From contig JAUSGT010000002.1 of NCBI GenBank assembly GCA_030648835.1, forward strand, positions 12,108-76,107: DNA of 64,000 nucleotides, written 5' to 3'. The notes under the pieces are model-generated. The model was not told the DNA's origin and ran no database searches. It saw only the letters and a list, made by a program, of their open reading frames with translations. Below are positions 35,988 to 45,130 of the stretch, one piece after another (position 1 is the first letter of the stretch; every line of letters starts with the position of its first letter). This DNA is from Candidatus Moraniibacteriota bacterium. GTDB lineage: Bacteria > Patescibacteriota > Minisyncoccia > Moranbacterales > UBA1568. The position numbers and the translations under genes were made by a program.

Positions 35988-37070
35988 ATGAAGGAAACAG
36001 AATTTTTACAATCAGAAGAGTGGCTAAAGTTTCAGGAGGCGACCGGGAAAGAGACTGTCAGGCTTTCTTCGGACGGTTTTTCGGCGAATGGGATTTTATA
36101 TATGCTTCCGATGGTGGGGAAGTATTTGTATGTGCCGAGAGGCCCCATTGCTGGTATCAAATATCAAGTATCAGGTATCGGGTATGGAATGGAGAGGCTG
36201 ATTGAAGAGTCAAAAAAAAGAAGAGCCAATTGGATACGGATAGAGCCGGAGACGGAAGAAATGTTGGAGGAAATAAAGAAAGAATTAGAGACCCTTCGAC
36301 CCCTTCGACAGGCTCAGGGTCGCCCTGAAGAATTTGAAGGGCGACAAGCTCAGGGTGACAACCTCTCGGTTGTCAAAGCGCCACACGATATGCAACCACG
36401 GGAAACTTTTGTAATGGATATTACGCCTGGTCTTGAGACGTTACTTGCTCAAATGAAGCCCAAGACACGCTACAATATCGGTTTGGCGGAAAAGCGTGGC
36501 GTGAAGGTGTTTGCGACGCGTGAGGAAAAATACAAGCAGGCGTTTCTCGACCTTATTACTGCTACGGCAAATCGAAAGGAAATCACGCCGCATCCGCGGG
36601 CTTATTATGAGAAGTTTTTTACAGATCTGCCGGAGGAGACGTGTCAGCTTTTTGTCGCGGAATATGACGGAAAAGTTTTAGCGGCTAACCTTTTAATCAC
36701 TTACGGAACGCGCGCGACGTATCTGCATGGCGGATCGGGGAACGAGTATCGAGATGTTATGGCGCCTTATTTGCTCCAGTGGAAGCAGATACAGTACGCG
36801 AAAGAACGCGGCTGTACGGAATATGATTTTGGAGGCATTAAGACAGTTAACAATCAACAATCAACAGACAACGGGAAGCAAAAAACAAGGGGAAAGAACA
36901 GTTGGGAAGGAATTACACGGTTTAAGACGGGGTTTGCACCAGGGACGCAACCGACAGTGTTTCCGGGAACGTATGATATCGTTCTCAATCAATCAAAGTA
37001 CGCGCTCTATAATCGTTTGCGATTATTTAAAGAAAACTTTCTCTTGATGAAAAAATTTTTCAAGGTGTAA
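35988..37070 (+). CDS. FemAB-family peptidoglycan peptide-branch aminoacyltransferase
   Basis: YLHGGSGNEYRDVMAPYLLQWKQIQYAKERGCTEYDFGGI matches the FemAB/GNAT C-lobe. An unusual QAQGRPEEFEGRQAQG insertion is present. Confidence 0.75.
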   Translation: MKETEFLQSEEWLKFQEATGKETVRLSSDGFSANGILYMLPMVGKYLYVPRGPIAGIKYQVSGIGYGMERLIEESKKRRANWIRIEPETEEMLEEIKKELETLRPLRQAQGRPEEFEGRQAQGDNLSVVKAPHDMQPRETFVMDITPGLETLLAQMKPKTRYNIGLAEKRGVKVFATREEKYKQAFLDLITATANRKEITPHPRAYYEKFFTDLPEETCQLFVAEYDGKVLAANLLITYGTRATYLHGGSGNEYRDVMAPYLLQWKQIQYAKERGCTEYDFGGIKTVNNQQSTDNGKQKTRGKNSWEGITRFKTGFAPGTQPTVFPGTYDIVLNQSKYALYNRLRLFKENFLLMKKFFKV

Positions 37071-37093
37071 ATAGCAGCGCCAAAGTTTTTACT

Positions 37094-38362
37094 ATGCTTC
37101 ATAGACTCAAACAATTTATTCCTCAGTCATTCAAAAATATCTTCCATTTGTGTGAGGCGATTTTGGGAAATATACTTTATGGATTTCCCGCCAAGAAATT
37201 GACCATTATCGGCGTGACGGGGACGAACGGCAAAACGACTACGACGCAATTTATCGCGCGTATCCTGGAATTTGCCGGTAAGAGGGTAGCGGTAGCCTCC
37301 ACTATCAACTTCAAAATTGCCGGAGAGGAAATCGTCAATACTTCAAAACTGACCACGCTTTCTCGTTTGAGGCTCCAGAAGTTTTTACGCCAGGCGGCGG
37401 ATGCCGGTTGTACGCACGCGGTGCTTGAAATTTCTTCACACGCGCTCGATCAGAGTCGGATATGGGGGATCCCCTGCGGTATCGCGGTGATGACCAACGT
37501 GACGCGCGAACACCTCGACTATCATCAGACGATGGCAGAATATCGGCGCGCCAAGCAGAGGCTGTTCCTCAAGGCCCTTCGGGCAGTCATCAGTCTCGAT
37601 ATGCAGGAACCGGAATATTTTCATCCCGACACCAAGAAACCAGTCATCTTTTACAGTATCAAGAATCAGAATGCGCACTTGCTCGCCCAAAATATCGAGT
37701 TGGATTTCAAGGGCACGGAGTTTACGGTGGAGGGAGTCCGTTTTCATCTGCATATTCCGGGATTCTTCAATATCGAGAATGCCATGGCCTCTCTCGGAGT
37801 AGCGCAATTGCTCGGTATCGATTTCGCGGTGGCCAAAGAGGCGCTGGAGAGTGTCATGAGCGTGCCGGGGAGGATGGAACTGGTACCCAATGTCATCAAT
37901 GCCGACATTATCATCGACTACGCCGTGACACCGGACGCCTTTGAAAAAGTGTATGCCTCGATCCTACCGCTCAAGATTCCCGGGACCAAGATTATCCACG
38001 TGTTCGGAGCCTGCGGCGAACGCGATCGGGGGAAGCGTCCACTGATGGGCGAAATCGCATCCTCGTATGCCGATATTGTTGTTCTGACCAATGAGGATCC
38101 TTTCTATGAAAATTCGGAGCGGATCATCGACGACATCGAAAAGGGCGTGACGAAGAAAAAAGACAAAGACTATTTTCGCATTTTTGATCGTCGGGAGGCG
38201 ATACATAAAGCCCTTTCATTGGCGGAAATCGGCGATATTGTCCTCATAACCGGCAAAGGCGCCGAAACATCGATGGCTATCGGCAACAAGCGCCTCTCGT
38301 GGAGTGAACGAGCGGTCGTTGAAGAGGAACTGGCCAAGCTGACTTCAGCAATCCAGAGTTGA
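37094..38362 (+). CDS. Mur ligase family protein (MurE/MurT-like, lacks N-terminal domain)
   Basis: LTIIGVTGTNGKTTTTQFI P-loop. Mur_ligase_M and Mur_ligase_C regions. 422 aa. Confidence 0.75.
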   Translation: MLHRLKQFIPQSFKNIFHLCEAILGNILYGFPAKKLTIIGVTGTNGKTTTTQFIARILEFAGKRVAVASTINFKIAGEEIVNTSKLTTLSRLRLQKFLRQAADAGCTHAVLEISSHALDQSRIWGIPCGIAVMTNVTREHLDYHQTMAEYRRAKQRLFLKALRAVISLDMQEPEYFHPDTKKPVIFYSIKNQNAHLLAQNIELDFKGTEFTVEGVRFHLHIPGFFNIENAMASLGVAQLLGIDFAVAKEALESVMSVPGRMELVPNVINADIIIDYAVTPDAFEKVYASILPLKIPGTKIIHVFGACGERDRGKRPLMGEIASSYADIVVLTNEDPFYENSERIIDDIEKGVTKKKDKDYFRIFDRREAIHKALSLAEIGDIVLITGKGAETSMAIGNKRLSWSERAVVEEELAKLTSAIQS

Positions 38363-38477
38363 CTTTCCTGTGATATTTTTATAGAATGTTCCTTCTGGTC
38401 CTTTCCCAATTTTGCTGTCCGAAAGCGATTTGATTTTTTCATTTTCCTCATTACGAGGCAACCGCTAGGAGAAAACG

Positions 38478-39401
38478 ATGAACCAACCGAATGTGAATAA
38501 ATCAGTAGTGAGTAATGCCGTTGCAGCTGTTTTCGAAACCAATCTCACCAGTCTCAAGTTTCTGCATCGCGGCAAGGTGCGCGATATCTACGCCGTCGGC
38601 GATGATAAGCTGCTCGTCGTACAGACCGACCGATTGTCCGCGTTCGACGTGATACTGCCGGATCCGGTTCCGGGCAAGGGCGAAGTACTGACCAAGCTGT
38701 CGTATTTCTGGTTTCGCAAACTCGAGCACATCGTGACGAATCACCTCACGGGCATTGACCCTTTCGATGTCGTTACCAATTGGAAAGAACGAGCCCAGAT
38801 AGCTGGCCGTTCGATGGTGGTGCGCAAATTCTGCCCATTGATGATTGAAGCGGTGGTGCGCGGCTATATCATCGGCTCGGGCTGGAAGGATTATCAGAAA
38901 ACGGGCATGGTTTGCGGGATCAAGTTGCCCACCGGGCTGAAAGAAGCGGAAAAGCTGCCGGATGTGATTTTTACACCGGCTACCAAAGCCCCGGCGGGCC
39001 AGCACGATGAGAATATCTCCTACGACGAAGCGGAAAAAATCGTTGGTGCCGAGCTTGCTGCGGAAATCCGCGCGGTCTCAATCCAGCTCTATACTGAAGC
39101 GGCCGCATACGCGCTAACCAAAGGCATTATCATTGCCGACACCAAGTTCGAGTTCGGCACGGATGAGTATGGCTTACTCTGCTTGATCGATGAAATCTTG
39201 ACGCCGGACTCCTCGCGTTTCTGGCCGGTTGATCAGTACCAAGTTGGCATGAGCCCACCGTCGTTCGACAAGCAGTTCGTGCGCGATTGGCTGGAAACAC
39301 AGCCGTGGGACAAAAAGCATCCCGCGCCCAACTTGCCGCCTGACGTCCTCGCCAAGACTACGGCGAAGTATCAGGAAGCGCTCACGCGGTTGACTGGCTG
39401 A
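38478..39401 (+). CDS. purC: Phosphoribosylaminoimidazole-succinocarboxamide synthase (SAICAR synthetase)
   Basis: [43 protein letters not shown]. Long-form PurC, 307 aa. Confidence 0.9.
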   Translation: MNQPNVNKSVVSNAVAAVFETNLTSLKFLHRGKVRDIYAVGDDKLLVVQTDRLSAFDVILPDPVPGKGEVLTKLSYFWFRKLEHIVTNHLTGIDPFDVVTNWKERAQIAGRSMVVRKFCPLMIEAVVRGYIIGSGWKDYQKTGMVCGIKLPTGLKEAEKLPDVIFTPATKAPAGQHDENISYDEAEKIVGAELAAEIRAVSIQLYTEAAAYALTKGIIIADTKFEFGTDEYGLLCLIDEILTPDSSRFWPVDQYQVGMSPPSFDKQFVRDWLETQPWDKKHPAPNLPPDVLAKTTAKYQEALTRLTG

Positions 39402-39430
39402 CCGCTCCACGTCGTTGCAACGCAACAAAA

Positions 39431-39470
39431 CCCCTGCCGGGATTCCTGGCAGGGGAGTTTTTTTATTTAT
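39431..39470. terminator. Bidirectional intrinsic terminator (purC / PAP2 convergent)
   Basis: CCCCTGCC-gggattcct-GGCAGGGG-AGTTTTTTTATTTATTTTT. Confidence 0.7.
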
Positions 39471-39488
39471 TTTTGAAAGACGAAAAAT

Positions 39489-39935
39489 TTATGCGAAAAG
39501 ATAAATAAGAATCAGTGTGAGAAAGAATCCAACGAGCGCTCCGCCGACGACTTCGCTCACACGATGACCGACCCGCTCTTTCAGGCGAGGGAACTTGCTT
39601 TCATCGATTTCTCCCTTGAGTTGGTCAACCAGCATATTGAGGTAGCGTCCCTGGTCGCCCAAGTACATCCGGATACGAGCGGCATCGTCGATGACCAGAA
39701 AGGAGAGCACTGCCGAGAGAGCAAAGGCAGCCGAATAGACTCCTTCGTAATACCCCATCGTGACCAGAAGCGAGATGACGAGAGCGGTATGGGCGCTCGG
39801 CATATGCCCGTGCGTGAAAGCATACTCCACACTCCAGCCATGTTTGATGGAGTAGAGAATAAATTTGATAATTTGGGTAATGATACCGACCGTGATCGGG
39901 ATAAGAAACACGAGGTAGGGCTGGAGAAAATCCAT
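39489..39935 (-). CDS. Divergent PAP2 family membrane protein (DUF212/YuiD-like)
   Basis: 148 aa with 3-4 TM helices. HGHMPSAHTA... resembles the acid-phosphatase/vanadium-haloperoxidase-related DUF212 motif. Confidence 0.6.
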   Translation of the reverse strand: MDFLQPYLVFLIPITVGIITQIIKFILYSIKHGWSVEYAFTHGHMPSAHTALVISLLVTMGYYEGVYSAAFALSAVLSFLVIDDAARIRMYLGDQGRYLNMLVDQLKGEIDESKFPRLKERVGHRVSEVVGGALVGFFLTLILIYLFA

Positions 39936-40111
39936 AAGATTAAAAGTTCTTAAAGTTTACCCTGTGAAATAATCCGCTTCGGCGGATTCCTGCAAAGCAG
40001 GATTTCACTGGGTGAATTATACCACCTTTTTCCTTTTCTGCCGGGGGCGGGCTTTTTCCCGGGGAATTTGCTATACTAGGGGACAAGTAATCAATAATAA
40101 ACAAGAAACAT

Positions 40112-40663
40112 ATGGGTTTAACTACCATTGTCCTCATTGTTGTCGGGGTGTTCGTAATTTATATAATTGCCATCTTCAACGGGTTGGTGCAATTGCGCAA
40201 TCGCGTTTCGGAAGCTTGGAGCGATATCGATGTGCAGCTCAAGCGTCGTTATGATCTCATCCCAAATCTCATCAATACGATAAAGGGATATGCGGCTCAT
40301 GAAACCGGTGTTTTCGAAAAAGTGACTGCCGCTCGCTCGGCCGCTATGCAGGCTGGTACGCCCGCCGGCAAAGCAGAAGCGGAAAATATGCTTTCGGGAG
40401 CGTTGAAATCACTGTTTGCCGTTTCTGAAGCCTATCCCGATCTCAAGGCCAACCAGAATTTTCTCGAACTCCAGCGTGAACTTTCCGATACGGAAAACAA
40501 GATTCAGGCCGCGCGCCGTTTCTACAACGGCAACGTGCTCGAGCTGAACAACAAGATTGATATGTTCCCGTCGAACATCATCGCGGGGATGTTTTCTTTC
40601 GCCAAGCGCGAGTTTTTTGAAGTAGCCGACGGAGAGAAAGAACCGGTGAAGGTAGAGTTCTAA
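40112..40663 (+). CDS. lemA: LemA family protein
   Basis: N-terminal TM. QLRNRVSEAWSDIDVQLKRRYDLIPNLINTIKGYAAHE is the LemA signature. Confidence 0.85.
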   Translation: MGLTTIVLIVVGVFVIYIIAIFNGLVQLRNRVSEAWSDIDVQLKRRYDLIPNLINTIKGYAAHETGVFEKVTAARSAAMQAGTPAGKAEAENMLSGALKSLFAVSEAYPDLKANQNFLELQRELSDTENKIQAARRFYNGNVLELNNKIDMFPSNIIAGMFSFAKREFFEVADGEKEPVKVEF

Positions 40664-40674
40664 ATGACAGAGCT

Positions 40675-42681
40675 ATGTCGTTTGCCGTGAAACAGTTTTT
40701 CCGAAAACAAAAAGTCCAAGTTTTGCTTGGGCTTTTGTTTACAGCGTTCTTTTTTAGTATTTCTCAAGTATCCGCTCAAGTCGCGCGGAATTACTCATAC
40801 GATGCGATAGATTACACTATACACGTCAATCAGGATACAACTGTCGATGTCACAGAAACCCAGACATATAATTTTATTGGTGAATACCATCAGGGTTGGC
40901 GCAATATTCCCAAAAAAGGGATTGATGATTTGACGGATGTTTCTGTCGTTGACAAGACAATAGGGAGATCGCTCACTTACTCCGCAACGCGTTTGGTAAA
41001 AACAGACCCCGCTAGTTGGGGTAAGTACACAACTTTTTTCGAGAATGGAGAATACATTATCGAGTGGTATTACAATGCCAGGGATACTACGAATACTTGG
41101 AAATTACGTTACAGACTTCATGGTGCTATTGGTTTTTACAAAGATCACGACGAATTGTATTGGAATTTATTTACGGCCTATCAGGTGCCTATTGGCAAAA
41201 TAGATGTTGATGTCATCTTGCCGAATATAGTTTCTGCCGATGATTTGAAAGAAACGCTCTATGTGAATAACTTGGTGCGAGGAAATCATAGCGCAACGCA
41301 CTCTGACGGGAACTTTCATTTTTTTGCCAATGATATTTTACCTGGTGGTATAGTAACCATCGCTCCCGGTTGGCCCAAGGGAATTGTGAATCAGGGTGCG
41401 TACTGGAGGTACTGGCTTGGAAAGTATTGGGGTTATGTCGGGGCTATTGCAATTGCTTTGGTGACAATTGTCACACTTATTTTGCGTTGGTATGTGACCG
41501 AGAGATATCATGCCGGACGCGGGCTAGTGATCCCAGAATACGAACCGCCGAAAAATCTGCCTCCGGCCATGGCGGATATTTTGGTTCATGAGAACCTCTC
41601 TTCCAAGGCTTGGGCGGCGACAGTGATTGATTTGGCTATTCGTGGCAACATTAAGATCGAAGAAAAAAAGAAGGGGAAGATTGAAATATTTTTTTCCGTT
41701 TTGGTTCAAGCCGTCCTGTGGATTTCATTGGGGGTTATGACCATCGTGGTTCTTCCATCTTTTTTCCAGGAAGATCCTTCATGGGAATCTCGTTTACTCC
41801 TGTCTCTTGTCACGCTAGTGATTTTTTCCCGGCCGTTACTATCGTTCTGGGGTGTACTTTCAGGGGAAACACCACCGAGTAGCTTTCTTTCTAGGACAGA
41901 CTATGTTTTGACAGAAATGAGTGATACCGCCAAAGGGGCCAGACCTCTTCAAGATTATGAAAAGGAGTTTCTCGGTATTATTTTTGGTTATTCCGGGCGG
42001 TTTGATACAAAAGATATGCGGAGTAATCCTACACAGGGTCAGGCACTATTCAAGGGTCTCCAGAAGCTTAAAAAAAATTTAGAAAAGGAAATAGCACAAG
42101 ATACGAATGCTTACGAAGTTGGATTCCGAGCATGGCGGATTTCAAAAATTGTTCTGGCAGTAACTGGCGGATTTATTATTTGGGGACTATTTGTTTTAGC
42201 TTCATTATCGAATTATCCACTCATAATTTTCTCAGTGGTAGCTGGTTATTGTCTTCTCGCTCTGATTCTTTTCTTTTGTTATAATCCGCGCCTCAATAAG
42301 CAAGGACAAATTCTCCGTGAAGAGTGGCTGGGGTTCAAGCTCTATCTCGAAACAGCCGAGAAAAATCGGATGCAGAATCTGACTCCGGAAATATTTGAGA
42401 AGTACCTCCCCTACGCCATTATTTTCGGGGTGGAGAAGAAATGGGGAAAAGCCTTTGAAAATATTTCTATGCCGCAACCGGCTTGGTATAGTGGAGCATC
42501 GATGGGAGTGGGGTCATCATTGCCCATGTCCTCCGGAGGGTTTTCCGCTTCTGCTTTCTCGTCCTCTTTCAGCTCTTCTTTTTCTTCTGCTTTTTCAAGC
42601 GCCGGTGGTGGCGGCGGAGCTTCAGGCGGTGGTGGGGGTGCTGGTGGCGGCGGTGGAGGAGGCGGCGGTGGAGCGAGCTAA
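40675..42681 (+). CDS. DUF2207 domain membrane protein (LemA partner) with Gly-rich C-terminal tail
   Basis: Signal/TM followed by a DUF2207 beta-rich ectodomain, multiple TMs, and a C-terminal (G)n tail GGGGGASGGGGGAGGGGGGGGGGAS. Canonical lemA-DUF2207 gene pair. Confidence 0.8.
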   Translation: MSFAVKQFFRKQKVQVLLGLLFTAFFFSISQVSAQVARNYSYDAIDYTIHVNQDTTVDVTETQTYNFIGEYHQGWRNIPKKGIDDLTDVSVVDKTIGRSLTYSATRLVKTDPASWGKYTTFFENGEYIIEWYYNARDTTNTWKLRYRLHGAIGFYKDHDELYWNLFTAYQVPIGKIDVDVILPNIVSADDLKETLYVNNLVRGNHSATHSDGNFHFFANDILPGGIVTIAPGWPKGIVNQGAYWRYWLGKYWGYVGAIAIALVTIVTLILRWYVTERYHAGRGLVIPEYEPPKNLPPAMADILVHENLSSKAWAATVIDLAIRGNIKIEEKKKGKIEIFFSVLVQAVLWISLGVMTIVVLPSFFQEDPSWESRLLLSLVTLVIFSRPLLSFWGVLSGETPPSSFLSRTDYVLTEMSDTAKGARPLQDYEKEFLGIIFGYSGRFDTKDMRSNPTQGQALFKGLQKLKKNLEKEIAQDTNAYEVGFRAWRISKIVLAVTGGFIIWGLFVLASLSNYPLIIFSVVAGYCLLALILFFCYNPRLNKQGQILREEWLGFKLYLETAEKNRMQNLTPEIFEKYLPYAIIFGVEKKWGKAFENISMPQPAWYSGASMGVGSSLPMSSGGFSASAFSSSFSSSFSSAFSSAGGGGGASGGGGGAGGGGGGGGGGAS

Positions 42682-42774
42682 ATCATCTCAAAGCGGGTTG
42701 CGCCCCGCTTTTCCGTTTCTTTGCTTTAAGATAAGATTGCAGTACAATGGGCGAACAGACATAACAACAAACAC

Positions 42775-43677
42775 ATGGCCACTCTCTACAATGAGCATGA
42801 CAAGAATATTCGATTGACGTGGGTGTACATCACGCTTTTTTTGGTATTTGTCATCGGGGTGGGGTATGTGTTCGCGGGAGCGATGCAGTCGAGCGCGATT
42901 CTCTATGTGGCGGTGATTTTTTCCGTGGTGACGAGTTTCGTATCGTATTGGTGGAGCGACAAAATCGTCCTTTCGATGAGCGGCGCGAAGCTGGTGAATT
43001 TTGAAGACAACAAAGAGCTGTACCGTGTCATAGAAAACCTCGCCATTACCGCGGGATTGCCGACACCAAAAATTTATACGATCGAAGATACCGCGCTCAA
43101 CGCCTTTGCTACGGGGCGTGATCCACAGCATGGCGTGATCTGCTTCACCACCGGCATTTTGCAGACGCTTGATCGCACAGAACTGGAAGGGGTGGCGGCA
43201 CACGAACTTTCGCATATCGGCAATCGCGACACGCTCCTCTCGACGGTGGTGGTGATTTTGGTCGGATTCGTGGCGCTTCTGGCGGACTGGTTCCGCCACT
43301 GGGCCTGGTTCGGAGGCAATCGGGATAGCGACAACAAGAATCAATTGCAGGTGATTTTGATGATTGTGGCGCTCATCCTTTCTATTTTGGCACCCATCGC
43401 CGCGTTGCTTATGCAGCTGGCCATCTCTCGCAAGCGCGAATTCTTGGCTGACGCGTCGGGAGCGCTTCTGACACGCTATCCGGAAGGGCTCGCTAATGCG
43501 CTCCAAAAAATTTCCGCCGACACCGAACCGCTGGAAGCCGCCAATCGCGCTACGGCGTCGCTCTATATCGCCAACCCGTTCAAGGGGAAAAAAGTCGCCA
43601 AACTGTTTATGACTCACCCGCCGATTGAAGAGAGAATAGCGGCGCTCCGAGGAATGGAGGTAAAGGAAAATACCTAA
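42775..43677 (+). CDS. htpX: M48-family zinc metalloprotease HtpX
   Basis: HEXXH in GVAAHELSHIGNRD. Four TM segments. 300 aa. Confidence 0.85.
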   Translation: MATLYNEHDKNIRLTWVYITLFLVFVIGVGYVFAGAMQSSAILYVAVIFSVVTSFVSYWWSDKIVLSMSGAKLVNFEDNKELYRVIENLAITAGLPTPKIYTIEDTALNAFATGRDPQHGVICFTTGILQTLDRTELEGVAAHELSHIGNRDTLLSTVVVILVGFVALLADWFRHWAWFGGNRDSDNKNQLQVILMIVALILSILAPIAALLMQLAISRKREFLADASGALLTRYPEGLANALQKISADTEPLEAANRATASLYIANPFKGKKVAKLFMTHPPIEERIAALRGMEVKENT

Positions 43678-43753
43678 TTACTAATTCCTAATTTCTAATA
43701 AAATTTAGAGATGAGGATTTTTATTAGGTATTAGATATTAGGCATTAGAAATT

Positions 43754-44230
43754 ATGACACCCTCTCCTTATCAGGATTTTGTTCGTAAAGCCAAAGAGCG
43801 TTTTGCGGCAAGGCAAAAAATCAAGGCCTCCGGAACAGGGGTATACCAGTTTACCCGGCACGCAGAGTACAAGATGCAGCAGTATGGCCTTTCCGGACAA
43901 CGGGTGCGGAGCGTCATTCGCCACCCCAAGCGGCGTGAAGAGGGGATCGTGCCGAAAACTGTCGCCGTGATGCAACCCACCTCCGTCAAGACTTTGGCGG
44001 GCAAGCCGGTTTGGAAACAGGAAATATGGGTATTATTTCAAATCAAAAATTCAAGTCAAAACGAAAAATTAGAAAAATTCAAAACCCCGCTATCTTTTGG
44101 TGGTAGCCAGCTAAAAATAATAAGTGCCTGGCGGTATCCGGGAGTCAGTCCCAAGCGCAACCCGATTCCGGAAGAGATTTTGCGTGAGTTGGAAGAGGGG
44201 AGTGTTATAGAAACAGAGGAAGCTATTTGA
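43754..44230 (+). CDS. Hypothetical protein
   Basis: 158 aa, basic N-terminal half. An intrinsic terminator lies downstream. No family recognised. Confidence 0.4.
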   Translation: MTPSPYQDFVRKAKERFAARQKIKASGTGVYQFTRHAEYKMQQYGLSGQRVRSVIRHPKRREEGIVPKTVAVMQPTSVKTLAGKPVWKQEIWVLFQIKNSSQNEKLEKFKTPLSFGGSQLKIISAWRYPGVSPKRNPIPEEILRELEEGSVIETEEAI

Positions 44231-44331
44231 CAGCCCATAAAAAGGGTGAAAATAAGCACTTTTTGTGATGGCGCGGCACTTTTTCCGTAAAAGTTAGCTG
44301 TTGTAAGCTTCTCATTGTCAGTTCTGAGAAT

Positions 44332-44356
44332 CCCCCGATGTGCCGGGGTTTTTTGC
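44332..44356 (+). terminator. Rho-independent terminator
   Basis: CCCCG-atgtgc-CGGGG-TTTTTTG. Confidence 0.6.
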
Positions 44357-44409
44357 TAGCACAAATTCAATAAAAATGCTTCAAATAAGCCATTATTAGT
44401 GGAATACTA

Positions 44410-44438
44410 TTGACATTTCTCGGTTTTTGGTGTATCAT
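44410..44438 (+). promoter_or_regulatory. Sigma70-type promoter (TTGACA-17-TATCAT) for the secreted R/G/Y-rich protein gene
   Basis: TTGACA at 44410-44415 and TATCAT at 44433-44438. RBS AGGAGGG precedes the ATG at 44511. Confidence 0.55.
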
Positions 44439-44510
44439 CGGGGCATAGAAGTTGGTTTTACAATTTATTAAAAACCCGTATTTCCGGTATCACAACCTCA
44501 GGAGGGCATC

Positions 44511-44945
44511 ATGAAGTACATCAATCTGATTTTGGCAGCTTTACTGGCAATGGCCGCGGGCACGGTGGCAGCTGATCGCGGTGGGCATCGTGGCGATCAT
44601 TATCGCGGTGTCGATCGTGGTTATCACCGTGGTGCGCCAGCTGTGCGTTACGTCGATCGCGGCTACTATCGTAGCTCGCCGCGCGTCTATCGCCCCGGTT
44701 ATGGTCATGGCTACTGGGACTCATTTGGGTTCTGGGTAACGACGGCAGCGGTTGTAATCGGATCGGCGGTAGTGATTGATGCAGTAGTCAACCGCTCACC
44801 GGTAGTCTCCGCACCTCGCGCCTGCTACAAGCGGCAACCGATGAACGACCCGAGTGATGGTCAGCCCCTCTACGACCAGAACGGCCAACCGCTGACACAA
44901 CTCGTGTCGGCCCAGTGCCCCGTGCAGGTAGTGCGGCAGTACTAA
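44511..44945 (+). CDS. Secreted Arg/Gly/Tyr-repeat protein, hypothetical
   Basis: Signal peptide MKYINLILAALLAMAAGTVAA. Repeats DRGGHRGDHYRGVDRGYHRG...YRPGYGHGY. One predicted C-terminal TM and two Cys. Confidence 0.5.
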   Translation: MKYINLILAALLAMAAGTVAADRGGHRGDHYRGVDRGYHRGAPAVRYVDRGYYRSSPRVYRPGYGHGYWDSFGFWVTTAAVVIGSAVVIDAVVNRSPVVSAPRACYKRQPMNDPSDGQPLYDQNGQPLTQLVSAQCPVQVVRQY

Positions 44946-45130
44946 ACGGCAGGCAATGCGGCAACGACCAAGACGAAACGACTGAGAGGTTCTCAAAAGG
45001 ATGCATAATCCTCGAGAATCTCCAGTCGTTTTTCAATTGTCTAAAAAATTTATTGATCGATACGACTTTTCCCTACAAGTATTTTCTGAGGTATAATGAG
45101 AAAGCCAGTGAAGCTGAAAGCCATAAGCTA

